Shown piece by piece: positions 48,627 through 57,885 of a stretch of 61,953 nucleotides of DNA. Position 1 is the stretch's first letter. The number at the start of each line of letters is the position of its first letter. A model generated the notes under the pieces. That model was not told the DNA's origin and did not search any database. It saw only the letters and a list, made by a program, of their open reading frames with translations. The stretch is from Chloroflexota bacterium (lineage in GTDB: Bacteria; Chloroflexota; Anaerolineae; Promineifilales; Promineifilaceae): the NCBI GenBank assembly GCA_046485205.1, contig JAWOHK010000057.1, positions 1-61,953 on the forward strand, given 5' to 3'. The position numbers and the translations under genes were made by a program.

Positions 48627-50030
48627 ATGCCCAAGCCCACCACCAGCCCTCTTAACGACCCGGTCTACACCCGGGCGCCCTACTGGAAAGACGTGCCCGA
48701 CGAGCAGTGGATGGACTGGCGCTGGCAGATGTCCAACCGCCTCAACTCCGTCGACGAACTTGGCCGGATCATCAACCTGACCGAATCCGAGCGGCGCGCC
48801 TTGAGCGCCAAGGGCCTGTTTCGGGTCGATATCACACCCTACTTCGCCAGCCTCATCGACCCTGACGACCCCCACTGCCCGGTGCGCAAGCAGGTCATTC
48901 CCACCGACCGCGAGATGGTGCCCTTCAGCTCCATGATGGAAGACTCGCTGGCCGAGGACAAGCACTCGCCCGTGCCGGGGTTGGTCCACCGCTACCCCGA
49001 TCGCGTCCTGATGCTTATCACCACCCAGTGCGCCAGCTACTGCCGCTACTGCACCCGCAGCCGCATCGTCGGTGACCCGACCCAGACCTTCAGCCGGGCC
49101 GAGTTCGATGCACAGATCGAGTACATCGAGAACACGCCGCAGATTCGCGACGTGCTGCTCTCCGGTGGCGACCCCATGGTCCTGGCTCCCAAGCTGCTGG
49201 ACATGATCCTCGGCCGCCTGCGGGCCATCCCTCACGTCGAGATCATCCGCATCGGCTCGCGCGTGCCCGTCTTCCTGCCCATGCGCGTCACCCCCGAGTT
49301 CTGCGACATGCTGGAGAAATACCATCCGTTCTGGCTCAACATCCACGTCAACCATCCGAAGGAGATCACCCCCGAACTGGCCGCGGCCTGTGACCGTCTG
49401 ACCCGCGCCGGCGTGCCCTTGGGCAACCAGAGCGTGCTACTGGCCGGGGTCAACGACTCCGTCCACATCCAGCGCAAGCTCGTTCACGACCTGGTGAAGA
49501 TTCGCGTGCGGCCCTACTACCTCTACCAGTGCGATCTGGTCGAGGGGTCCGGTCACTTGCGCACGCCCGTCAGCAAGGGTATCGAGATCATCGAAGGCCT
49601 GCGCGGCCACACCTCCGGCTATGCCGTGCCGACCTATGTCGTCGACGCCCCCGGCGGCGGCGGCAAGATCCCGGTCATGCCCAACTACCTCGTCAGCCAG
49701 GCCCCCGGCAAGGTCGTCCTGCGCAACTTCGAGGGCTACATCACCACCTACACCGAGCCGCTCGACTACGACCCGACCGAAATTTTGCACCAGGAAGCGC
49801 TGGTCGCCCGGCGCCCGGAACCGGGCCAGGAAGGCGTGCTGGCCTTGCTGGAAGGCGATCGAATGGCCATCGAGCCGGCTGGCTTCGAGGAAGTCCACGC
49901 CCGTGGCGGCGCCGAGCATCGTCTGCGCAGCGGCGAAATCGCCCAGAAGTGGCAACCCTTGGGCGTCGGGTCCATTGAGGTCCACAAGCCCCGCGAGCGC
50001 CTGTCGGCGGGGAAGGAAGAGGGGGAATAG
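48627..50030 (+). CDS. kamA: Lysine 2,3-aminomutase (KamA family radical SAM)
   Basis: W.DW.WQ..NR, GLVHRYPDRVL, CASYCRYC, LLSGGDP, NQSVLL.GVND, PYYLYQCD, APGGGGKIP; AAGGA RBS. Confidence 0.9.
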   Translation: MPKPTTSPLNDPVYTRAPYWKDVPDEQWMDWRWQMSNRLNSVDELGRIINLTESERRALSAKGLFRVDITPYFASLIDPDDPHCPVRKQVIPTDREMVPFSSMMEDSLAEDKHSPVPGLVHRYPDRVLMLITTQCASYCRYCTRSRIVGDPTQTFSRAEFDAQIEYIENTPQIRDVLLSGGDPMVLAPKLLDMILGRLRAIPHVEIIRIGSRVPVFLPMRVTPEFCDMLEKYHPFWLNIHVNHPKEITPELAAACDRLTRAGVPLGNQSVLLAGVNDSVHIQRKLVHDLVKIRVRPYYLYQCDLVEGSGHLRTPVSKGIEIIEGLRGHTSGYAVPTYVVDAPGGGGKIPVMPNYLVSQAPGKVVLRNFEGYITTYTEPLDYDPTEILHQEALVARRPEPGQEGVLALLEGDRMAIEPAGFEEVHARGGAEHRLRSGEIAQKWQPLGVGSIEVHKPRERLSAGKEEGE

Positions 50031-50122
50031 AACGCAGATCAGATGGGGCGCAGATTGTCGCGGTCAGGAATGATCGAAAAATCAACGTGAATCAGCGTAG
50101 TAATCAGCCTCATCAGCGTTCC
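50030..50122. repeat. Degenerate ~9-nt short tandem units in inverted arrangement (aacgcagat / atcagcgt)
   Basis: gaacgcagatc..gcgcagatt versus atcaacgtga-atcagcgtag-taatcagcct-catcagcgttcc; similar units near 55188-55227. Confidence 0.5.
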
Positions 50123-50134
50123 ATTTTGCCGATC

Positions 50135-50905
50135 ATGAACGAACCGCCTTATCCCGGCACGCAAGCGGTGGCACGGGCGATGGCCTTGCTGAAGGCTTTC
50201 GACGACAACCATCCCATGTGGGGCTTGACCGAATTGGCCCGCGAGACAGGGCTGAACAAGACTACGACCCACCGGTTGCTGGCCGCACTCGAGCGCGAGG
50301 GCATGGTTGGCCGGGCGGCCGACGGCGAGCGCTACGTGCTGGGGCCTGAGATCGTTGTCCTGGGCGGCCGGGCGCTGCGGGCCAACAATCTGCGCGCCGT
50401 GGCCCGGCCCGAGCTCGAGCGGCTGGCGGCCAAGACAGGCGAGACGGCCTCACTGGAGATTTTGACCGGCACGGAGATGCTGGTCATCGACGAGATAGTT
50501 GGCGGGCACCTCATGAGCGGTGTGCCTGACCTCGGCAGCCGCTGGCCGGTGCATGCCTCCTCCACCGGACTGGTCGCCCTGGCCTTTATGCCGGAGGATG
50601 ACGCGCGCGCCTTGTTACCGGCTACGCTACTCTCGGTCACCCGTCAGACCTTCACGAATCGCGCCGACCTCTGGCGTGAGCTAGAGGTCACACGTCGGCG
50701 CGGCTATAGCATCGGCGACGAGACGCTAGAAGTGGGCCTGGTGGCTATCGCCGCGCCGGTTTTCAATCACGACGGACAGGTGATGGCCGCCATCAGCATC
50801 GCCGGGCCGAAGCTGCGCGTCACGCCCAAATGCGTGCCAGCGATCGGCGAGCAGGTCCGCGCCGCGGCCAACAGCGTTTCCGCCCGACTGGGCTATCGGC
50901 CATAA
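50135..50905 (+). CDS. IclR family transcriptional regulator
   Basis: QAVARA..LL..F, GLTELA...GLNKTT.HRLL..L, GETASL, P.HASSTG, AIAAPVF, AAISIAGP. Confidence 0.92.
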   Translation: MNEPPYPGTQAVARAMALLKAFDDNHPMWGLTELARETGLNKTTTHRLLAALEREGMVGRAADGERYVLGPEIVVLGGRALRANNLRAVARPELERLAAKTGETASLEILTGTEMLVIDEIVGGHLMSGVPDLGSRWPVHASSTGLVALAFMPEDDARALLPATLLSVTRQTFTNRADLWRELEVTRRRGYSIGDETLEVGLVAIAAPVFNHDGQVMAAISIAGPKLRVTPKCVPAIGEQVRAAANSVSARLGYRP

Positions 50906-50914
50906 TAGGCTTAT

Positions 50915-50985
50915 CGTTACGCAAGATTCTTATCTTGCGAAGGGCTTTACTTGCGAAGATCACGAGATAAGAATCACACACTACA
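50915..50985. repeat. REP-doublet element, family B copy 2
   Basis: cgttacgcaagattcttatcttgcg ... cacgagataagaatcacacactaca. Confidence 0.7.
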
Positions 50986-50994
50986 CTTGTTCAA

Positions 50995-51660
50995 ATGACT
51001 ACTGACAATCTATTCATCGACCTCAGCCACACTGTCGAAGCGGGCATGATCACCTACAAAGACCTGCCCGCGCCGGTGGTCTGCGATTTCCTTAGCCGGG
51101 AGGCTTCGCGCCAATTTTACGCGCCCGGCACGGAGTTCCACATCGGCCGCATCGACATGGTCGCCAACACCGGCACCTACGTCGACGCGCCTTTTCACCG
51201 CTATCCGAACGGCAAAGATTTGTCGGAGCTGCCGCTGTCATCGCTGGCTAACCTGCCGGCCATCGTCGTCCGCGTGCCTCCCAACGGCCGGGCAGTGGAT
51301 GCGGCCGCCTTCGCACAGCTGGATGTGACCGGGAAGGCCGTTCTTATTCACACCAGCTGGTCACGCCACTGGCGGACCGACGCCTATTTCGAAGGCCATC
51401 CGTTTCTCACTGGCGATGCGGCCGAACTGTTGCGCGAGCGCGGTGCGGCCCTCGTGGGCATCGACTCTTACAATATCGACGACACGGCCGACGGCGCGCG
51501 CCCTGTCCACTCGATCTTACTAGCGGCCGACATCCCTATCGCCGAACATCTGACCGGCCTCGACCGCCTGCCCGGCGACGCCTTCCGCTTTTTCGCCGTC
51601 CCGGTCAAGGTCAAGGCCTTCGGGACGTTTCCGGTGCGGGCGTTTGGGCTGATGTCATAA
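50995..51660 (+). CDS. Cyclase family protein (kynurenine formamidase-like)
   Basis: IDLSH, NTGTYVDAPFH, VGIDSYNID, VHSILL, IAEHL, PVR. Confidence 0.88.
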   Translation: MTTDNLFIDLSHTVEAGMITYKDLPAPVVCDFLSREASRQFYAPGTEFHIGRIDMVANTGTYVDAPFHRYPNGKDLSELPLSSLANLPAIVVRVPPNGRAVDAAAFAQLDVTGKAVLIHTSWSRHWRTDAYFEGHPFLTGDAAELLRERGAALVGIDSYNIDDTADGARPVHSILLAADIPIAEHLTGLDRLPGDAFRFFAVPVKVKAFGTFPVRAFGLMS

Positions 51661-51701
51661 AATAGAAACCTGATTTTTGGACTGAGAAAGGCAATACCCG
51701 T

Positions 51702-52673
51702 ATGCACGTCCACTTCACCTACCCTTTGACCCCGGCCGAATCCGACTATTTGCAACCCGCCCTGGCAGAAGGCATCAATCTCAGCAACGGGCCGGAACCG
51801 TCGTCCGACACCGCCGTCCTCGTCGCCGGGCGACCTACCCGCGAGCAGATCGAGGCCGCGCCAAACCTGCAGGCCTTGATCATTCCCTGGGCCGGGCTGC
51901 CGGAGGAGACGCGGACCCTCATGCGCGATTTCCCCCATGTGGCCGTCCACAATCTGCACCACAACGCCGCGCCGGTGGCCGAGTTGGCGTTAATGCTCCT
52001 ATTGGCCGCGGCCAAGTTCGCCGTGCGCTATGACGGGGCACTGCGCCGCCACGACTGGCGGATTCGTTATGAACGCCCTGCTCCGTCAGTGCTGCTGGAG
52101 GGAAAGACAGCCCTGGTGTTGGGCTACGGGGCTATCGGTCGCCGGGTGGCCGCCGCCTGCCGGGTCCTGGGCATGAAGACGCTGGCTACCCGCCGTAGCG
52201 TCGATACGACCGAAACCGGCGACGGCACTGAGGTTTATCCCGCTGCTGACTTACCGGAATTGCTGCCGCGAGCCGATGCGCTGATCATTTGCCTGCCACA
52301 CACGCCGGACACGGACGGCTTATTGGGCGCGGCCGAGATGGCGCTGCTGCCGTCGAAAGCCATCCTAGTCAACATCGGCCGGGGCAAGATCATCGACGAG
52401 GCGGCGCTCTACGAATCGCTGCGCGACGGCCGCCTCCATGCCGCCGGGCTGGACGTATGGTATAGTTACCCGCCCGACAAAGGCGCGCGAGCTAATTGGG
52501 CGCCTTCGGCCTATCCCTTCCACGAACTGGACAACGTCATCATGAGCCCCCATCGTGGCGGTGCGTCGGACGAGACCGACCGGCTGCGGATGGCAGCGCT
52601 GGTGGAGTTGTTGAACGCGGCGGCCGATGGGCAGCCGGCGGGCAATAAGGTCGATTTGGACGCGGGATATTAG
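51702..52673 (+). CDS. D-isomer-specific 2-hydroxyacid dehydrogenase family
   Basis: LGYGAIG, LPHTPDT, LVNIGRG, AAGLDVW, SPHRGG. Confidence 0.9.
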   Translation: MHVHFTYPLTPAESDYLQPALAEGINLSNGPEPSSDTAVLVAGRPTREQIEAAPNLQALIIPWAGLPEETRTLMRDFPHVAVHNLHHNAAPVAELALMLLLAAAKFAVRYDGALRRHDWRIRYERPAPSVLLEGKTALVLGYGAIGRRVAAACRVLGMKTLATRRSVDTTETGDGTEVYPAADLPELLPRADALIICLPHTPDTDGLLGAAEMALLPSKAILVNIGRGKIIDEAALYESLRDGRLHAAGLDVWYSYPPDKGARANWAPSAYPFHELDNVIMSPHRGGASDETDRLRMAALVELLNAAADGQPAGNKVDLDAGY

Positions 52674-52770
52674 GTGTAAAGAGGCTCAAACTTGCGCGTG
52701 TTTGGCCGTTGGTTTGATCTAAACTCTTGTTAACCTGAAGTTAGTATCAGTCTCGCTCCCGTTCAAGCCT

Positions 52771-52800
52771 TTGCGCCACTTTCCTTATTTCTGTTAGAAT
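52771..52800 (+). promoter_or_regulatory. Sigma70-type promoter TTGCGC-N18-TAGAAT with extended -10 TG
   Basis: ttgcgc at 52771-52776; tgttagaat ending at 52800, upstream of the amidase. Confidence 0.5.
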
Positions 52801-52850
52801 GAGTTTCAGGTCGGCCGGCAAATTTCGCCGGTCTTGAGGATGCTTATCTC

Positions 52851-55130
52851 ATGAAAATGTTGCTGTTGGCCTTGCTGTTCATCCTGTCGATGGCCCTGGC
52901 TGTTCCGGCGCTACCCTTCGCCTACGGGCAAATGAGTGGTCCGCCACCGGCCCCGATGGCCGATCTGGTCTTCACGGCCGTGGAACTTGAATCGGAAGCC
53001 GTCGAAGGTATCGGATTGTTAGGAGAGGAATTGACAGTCGCTGCCCGGGAGGCCGGCTCCTTCACCTCGCGCACCGTCGAAGCGCCCATTCCCTTTAACG
53101 CCGTCGTTCCGCAATGGACCGGCACCAATCCGCTGGCCATCGAATTGCAGGTGCGCACCAGCCTCGATGGCCTAACCTGGAGCGACTGGTCCCACAGCCA
53201 TGCCCATGCCGACTGGATGGAGCCAGACGATCCGGAGGTCGCCGGTGAAATGGTTTTGGTGACCGCGCCGGAGGAGCGACACGAATACCTCCAGTTCCAG
53301 ATCCTATTCGAGCCGGAGGAGGGCGAAGAACTGCCGGCATTAAGCGAGTTACGCCTGACCTTCATCGACAGCACGGCCGGACCGACGACCGAGGAACTCA
53401 TCCTGATGCAGCAGGAACTGGAAGGAACGAGCAGTTTGTTGCCGGAAAGCCAGGCTTCTTACCCCAAGCCGTTCGTCGTCAGCCGCGCCGTCTGGTGTAC
53501 CCACGCCGATTGTGTGTATACCACCGGGCTGGAGTATCACCCGGTCAGCCATCTCATCGTCCATCACACTGTTTCCAGCAATTCCAGCACCAGCTGGGCG
53601 GCCGTCGTCCGGGCCATCTGGAACTTCCACACCTACAATCGCGGCTGGGGCGACATCGGCTATAACTATCTGGTCGACCCGCAGGGCGTCGTTTATGAGG
53701 GCCATTACGGCGGCGATGATGTCGTCGGCACGCACGCGTCCGGGGCCAACAAAGGCAGCATGGCCGTGGCTCTGCTGGGCACGTTCACCCAGCCCGACCA
53801 GTCGCCACCGGGTATCAGGCCGCCACAGCCGATGCTTGATTCGGCCGTCGAAATCCTATCCTGGAAGGCGGCGCAACGGAACATCAATATCTTTGAGGCC
53901 AGCCGGTCGCTTCCCAATATCAGTTGGGGCCTCCCCCACCTGATGGGCCACCGCGATGTCTACGGCACGACCGCCTGCCCCGGCGATCAGGCTCACCTGC
54001 TAATCCCGTGGATGCGCGACCAGATCGCCGGGCGTATTGGCCTGGTCGATCCCCACATCTATGCCGACGATTTAAACCCGGCCTTCACGCGCAGCCAGAC
54101 CGGCTCATGGTTCGAGCCGCCCTACCTATGCGGCTACAACAACCATAGCTGGTACACCTGGTCGGTGACTAATTCCGGCGCCAGCACCAACTGGGGCGAG
54201 TGGCGGCCGAACGTGCCGGCCAACGGTCGCTACTTGATTGAAGTCTACGCGCCTTATTGTCGTACCGGGCGGGCCGAGACTACGGGCGCGACCTACACCA
54301 TCACCCATGCTGATGGCACAAGCACGCGCACGGCCAACCACAACGCCAATATCGGCCTATGGATGCCACTGGGCGAATTCAACCTGAATCAAGGCAACGG
54401 TAATGTCATTCGCCTGACCGATCTGACCACGACCGACACGGGTGTCGGCGTGTGGTTCGACGCCATCCGCCTGCGTCCAGTCGATGCCCCACCGCCGCCA
54501 TCCTTGCCGACGGCCAAGAACCTCGAACCGGCGACTGATGTCTGGCGAACCGACCGGCGGGTCGTCTTCACCTGGCAGGTCAATAATCCGCAGACGGTGA
54601 CGATTACCACGCTCCAAGTGTCGGCCGATCCGGGCTTTAATTCCGTGCTGATCAATCAGAGTTGGGCCGGTGTAGTGACGACCCACAGCCACACCTTTGG
54701 CGAAGATTTCGCCGATCTTTACTGGCGTGTGCTCTTAAGCCGGACGAACGCGCCGCTCATCTCCAGCGTGCCGACGCACTTTGGGCTGGATGCGACGTCA
54801 CCCATCTCGGCCGTTCGTTCGCCCCTGTTCTATCTGCCGGCCGGCGAACAGTACATCCTTGAATGGAGTGGGTCCGACGCCCTCTCCGGTGTGGACCGCT
54901 ATCATATCGAATTTCGCACACCGGGCGCTCTTTGGACTCGGTGGTTGACTGATACGCGCTTGCGGTCGGCGACCTTCACGCCGCTCGTCCCGGCGGCTGT
55001 CTACGAGTTTCGCTCGCTGGCCGTGGATAAGGCGGGCAACACCGAACCATCCGGCAAAGGGGCCGATGCTGCAACCTCACAGGCGATACCGTTAGGTGAG
55101 GCGGGTTTTCTCCCGGCTGTCTGGCGCTAA
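52851..55130 (+). CDS. Secreted PGRP-type N-acetylmuramoyl-L-alanine amidase with golvesin-like and Ig/Fn3-like domains
   Basis: Signal peptide; VSR..W, IVHHT, GWGDIGYNYLVD, GTHA.G.N, GHRDV..TACPG; A.Y.I.H..G...W..LG.F, DAIR; C-terminal GFLPAVWR. Confidence 0.85.
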   Translation: MKMLLLALLFILSMALAVPALPFAYGQMSGPPPAPMADLVFTAVELESEAVEGIGLLGEELTVAAREAGSFTSRTVEAPIPFNAVVPQWTGTNPLAIELQVRTSLDGLTWSDWSHSHAHADWMEPDDPEVAGEMVLVTAPEERHEYLQFQILFEPEEGEELPALSELRLTFIDSTAGPTTEELILMQQELEGTSSLLPESQASYPKPFVVSRAVWCTHADCVYTTGLEYHPVSHLIVHHTVSSNSSTSWAAVVRAIWNFHTYNRGWGDIGYNYLVDPQGVVYEGHYGGDDVVGTHASGANKGSMAVALLGTFTQPDQSPPGIRPPQPMLDSAVEILSWKAAQRNINIFEASRSLPNISWGLPHLMGHRDVYGTTACPGDQAHLLIPWMRDQIAGRIGLVDPHIYADDLNPAFTRSQTGSWFEPPYLCGYNNHSWYTWSVTNSGASTNWGEWRPNVPANGRYLIEVYAPYCRTGRAETTGATYTITHADGTSTRTANHNANIGLWMPLGEFNLNQGNGNVIRLTDLTTTDTGVGVWFDAIRLRPVDAPPPPSLPTAKNLEPATDVWRTDRRVVFTWQVNNPQTVTITTLQVSADPGFNSVLINQSWAGVVTTHSHTFGEDFADLYWRVLLSRTNAPLISSVPTHFGLDATSPISAVRSPLFYLPAGEQYILEWSGSDALSGVDRYHIEFRTPGALWTRWLTDTRLRSATFTPLVPAAVYEFRSLAVDKAGNTEPSGKGADAATSQAIPLGEAGFLPAVWR

Positions 55131-55251
55131 ATGAGGCCTTGGGGTTGACAGTTTTCCGGCAGGATAATATTTTTAGATGAAGTAACTAAATCCGAGCGCC
55201 CGGATCAATCGGCGCAATCTGTGGATGATTTCTTAATATGGTCGGGTGAAA

Positions 55252-56436
55252 ATGGCTGATTTCGAAACCGTTGACGTTCTGATCGTTGGTTCCGGCCCGG
55301 CGGGTACCTCGACGGCATTGCACCTCATCAAACAGGATCCGGCCTGGGCGGGCCGGATCACGATAGTAGACAAAGCCGTTCATCCACGCGAGAAGCTGTG
55401 TGGCGGGGGCATCACCCACATGGGTCAGAACATACTGGCCAATTTAGGTCTGCCCCTGGAACCGCTAAACTTCGAGGTCAAAGAGGCACGCCTCCTCTAC
55501 CGGAACAACTCCTATTCATTTTTCGGTAACCCGGTCTTTCGTATTGTCCGGCGGGATGAATTCGACCACTGGCTAGTGCAAACAACCGAGAAACTTGGTG
55601 TGCCGGTGCGGCAGGGGGAGGCCGTGACCGCCGTTACGCCCCACGGTGATTACATCGAGGTTGTCACCACTAAGGCTATTTTCCACGCCCGGGTATTGGT
55701 CGCCGCCGATGGCTCGCGCAGCTTCGTGCGGCGCAAGCTGAAATGGGACGATGATTCACGGGTGGCCCGCCTGGTGGAGGTATTGACGCCGGAAGACGCG
55801 ACAGTTCAGCCGGAATTCCGCGAGGGGTTAGCCATCTTTGATTTTACCCCGATGGATGAAGACCTGCAGGGTTATTACTGGGACTTCCCCAGCTTCATCA
55901 AAGGCAAACCGTTCATGAACCGGGGTGTCTTTGACAGCCGCGCCGTCCCGCAAAAGCCGAAGGCCGACCTGAAAGGGGTGCTGTCCACTGAGATGGCCAC
56001 GCGTGACCGCGATCTGGACGACTACCAGTTAAAGGGGCATCCGATCCGCTGGTGGAGCACCGGCGGCCGCTTTTCCCAGCCGCGCGTGCTGCTGGCTGGT
56101 GACGCGGCCGGGGTGGATCCGCTATTCGGCGAGGGCATTTCCTTTGCCCTGGGCTATGGCGAACCGGCATCGGAGACGATCATCGATGCGTTCGCCCGCC
56201 AGGATTTCAGCTTCGACACCTATGCCGGGCGTCTGAAAAAACACCGGCTCTTTCGCCACCTACGCCTACGCACCTGGGCGGCCCACTATGCCTACTGGCT
56301 TAACTACCCGAATGTCGTCAGAGTGGGCTGGTCGATCATGCGGCTCGTGATGCGCTTCACCCCGTGGAAGCATCGTGATTACGTTCCGGGGCGTATGCCG
56401 GAGTTCCGGCTAACGGATATGACGCCGCAATCGTAG
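55252..56436 (+). CDS. Geranylgeranyl-reductase-like FAD-dependent oxidoreductase
   Basis: IVGSGPAG, PREKLCGGG, RDEFD, AADGSRS, GYYWDFP, LAGDAAGVDPLFGEGI. Confidence 0.85.
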   Translation: MADFETVDVLIVGSGPAGTSTALHLIKQDPAWAGRITIVDKAVHPREKLCGGGITHMGQNILANLGLPLEPLNFEVKEARLLYRNNSYSFFGNPVFRIVRRDEFDHWLVQTTEKLGVPVRQGEAVTAVTPHGDYIEVVTTKAIFHARVLVAADGSRSFVRRKLKWDDDSRVARLVEVLTPEDATVQPEFREGLAIFDFTPMDEDLQGYYWDFPSFIKGKPFMNRGVFDSRAVPQKPKADLKGVLSTEMATRDRDLDDYQLKGHPIRWWSTGGRFSQPRVLLAGDAAGVDPLFGEGISFALGYGEPASETIIDAFARQDFSFDTYAGRLKKHRLFRHLRLRTWAAHYAYWLNYPNVVRVGWSIMRLVMRFTPWKHRDYVPGRMPEFRLTDMTPQS

Positions 56437-56492
56437 GCGTTACACGCCGGCGATCCAGCATTGCCCGGCACTGACCGACCGGACCAGCGTTA

Positions 56493-57224
56493 TCAGGGCA
56501 ACATCTGAAAACTGTACCCAAGCCCACGTTCGGCGATGATATACAACGGGTTGTTTGGGTCCGGCTCGATCTTGCTCCGCAGCCGGTGGACATGCACGTG
56601 CAGCCGGTCCTCGCGCGCCTCTTCCATGGGCCAGATACGGTTGAGCAGAAACTCGGTGCTTACAATCCGCCCGGCATTGCGCACCAGGATGTAGAGCAAT
56701 TTTGTCTCAGTTGGCGTCAGCGATACGCGCTCGCCGTCGACCTGCGCCTCTCGTTGGGGGAAGTCGATCGTCAATCGCTCGTCGATCCGGGTCGATGAAT
56801 CCAGAGTGTAAGTGTAATCTTCCATGCGCCCCAAGACCCGCCGGACACGGGCGATCAACTCCGGGGGATTAAACGGCTTGACGATGTAATCCTCGGCGTG
56901 TTCTTCCAGCCCCTCGATGATCGTGTCTTCGGTGCTGACGGCCGTCAGCATGATCACCGGCACGTCGCTAAACTCGTGGATCGTGCGGCAAAACTCAAAC
57001 CCGCTCATGTCCGGCATGTGAATATCAACGATGGCCAGGTGGGGGATGCCGTAGCGATTGATCAGCTTCAGCCCTTCCGGTCCGGAGATGGCAGTTGAGA
57101 CCTCAAAACCAGCCTGCTCCAGCGTGTGTTGCAAAATTCGCAGGGTGTAAGTGTTGTCGTCAACGACCAGAATACGTTGTGTTTGAGGCGTCGATTCAAG
57201 CATTAGACCTGTATCCGTCAGCAT
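56493..57224 (-). CDS. OmpR/PhoB family response regulator (no adjacent kinase)
   Basis: ILVVDD, VDIHMP, IMLTA, DYIVKPF, LTPTE, VHVHRLRSKIE.DP..P.YI...RG.GY. Confidence 0.93.
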   Translation of the reverse strand: MLTDTGLMLESTPQTQRILVVDDNTYTLRILQHTLEQAGFEVSTAISGPEGLKLINRYGIPHLAIVDIHMPDMSGFEFCRTIHEFSDVPVIMLTAVSTEDTIIEGLEEHAEDYIVKPFNPPELIARVRRVLGRMEDYTYTLDSSTRIDERLTIDFPQREAQVDGERVSLTPTETKLLYILVRNAGRIVSTEFLLNRIWPMEEAREDRLHVHVHRLRSKIEPDPNNPLYIIAERGLGYSFQMLP

Positions 57225-57423
57225 GACCGCCCGGTATCATAACCTACGGCGGACGTAGTTTACATAGTGTAAATCAAGAATTTTACCTTGCCAAACGCGG
57301 CCGCGCACCGGCCGGCCAATCGAGCCACCCGTAGCGTTTATTTCTTGCGCTATATCCTGCATGTGCTATAAAAGACAAAATTCACAATCGCTTCGCAACA
57401 TCACGCGAGCAAGAGGAATCACT

Positions 57424-57780
57424 GTGCTGGCTGATTGGCAATACATCGCTATATTCGTGGCCCTGTCGCCTATATTCCCTCTGGCCCCGGTAGTCCTCAA
57501 TCGCTTATTGGGGCCCTACCGACCAAACCCTATTAAGCAGCAAACATATGAATGCGGCATTGAAACCGTAGGGGATACATGGATTCAATTCAAGGTGCAG
57601 TATTACATCTATGCGCTGGTGTTTGTCGTCTTTGACATTGAAGCCGTTTTCCTCTTTCCTATCGCCGCCGCATTTGGCCAATTGGACCTGTTCGCCATTG
57701 CCGCCACGCTGCTGTTTATTTTCTTGCTGGCTGATGGCTTGATCTACGCCTGGAGTCGTGGTGTTCTGGAGTGGGTCTAA
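57424..57780 (+). CDS. nuoA: NADH-quinone oxidoreductase subunit A
   Basis: K...YECG, YY.YAL.FVVFDIE..FL.P, G..Y.W..G.LEW; GTG start after GAGG. Confidence 0.92.
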   Translation: MLADWQYIAIFVALSPIFPLAPVVLNRLLGPYRPNPIKQQTYECGIETVGDTWIQFKVQYYIYALVFVVFDIEAVFLFPIAAAFGQLDLFAIAATLLFIFLLADGLIYAWSRGVLEWV

Positions 57781-57885
57781 ACCCACAAGCTTCTATTGAC
57801 AGGAGGATATTCTTCCCATCGATCGGTGTGATCTGTTGCTGACAACGGCCGAGATGGTGAAAGCACGCCTGAAGGTGCAAACGCT

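Noticed and set aside
48627-50030. EpmB (EF-P modification) assignment
   Set aside because: The length and the W.DW.WQ and long C-terminal regions fit the KamA type, and efp/epmA are not adjacent.
57370-57387. Rex operator upstream of nuoA
   Set aside because: Only the TTCACAA half-site is present; the TTGTGAA half is absent.
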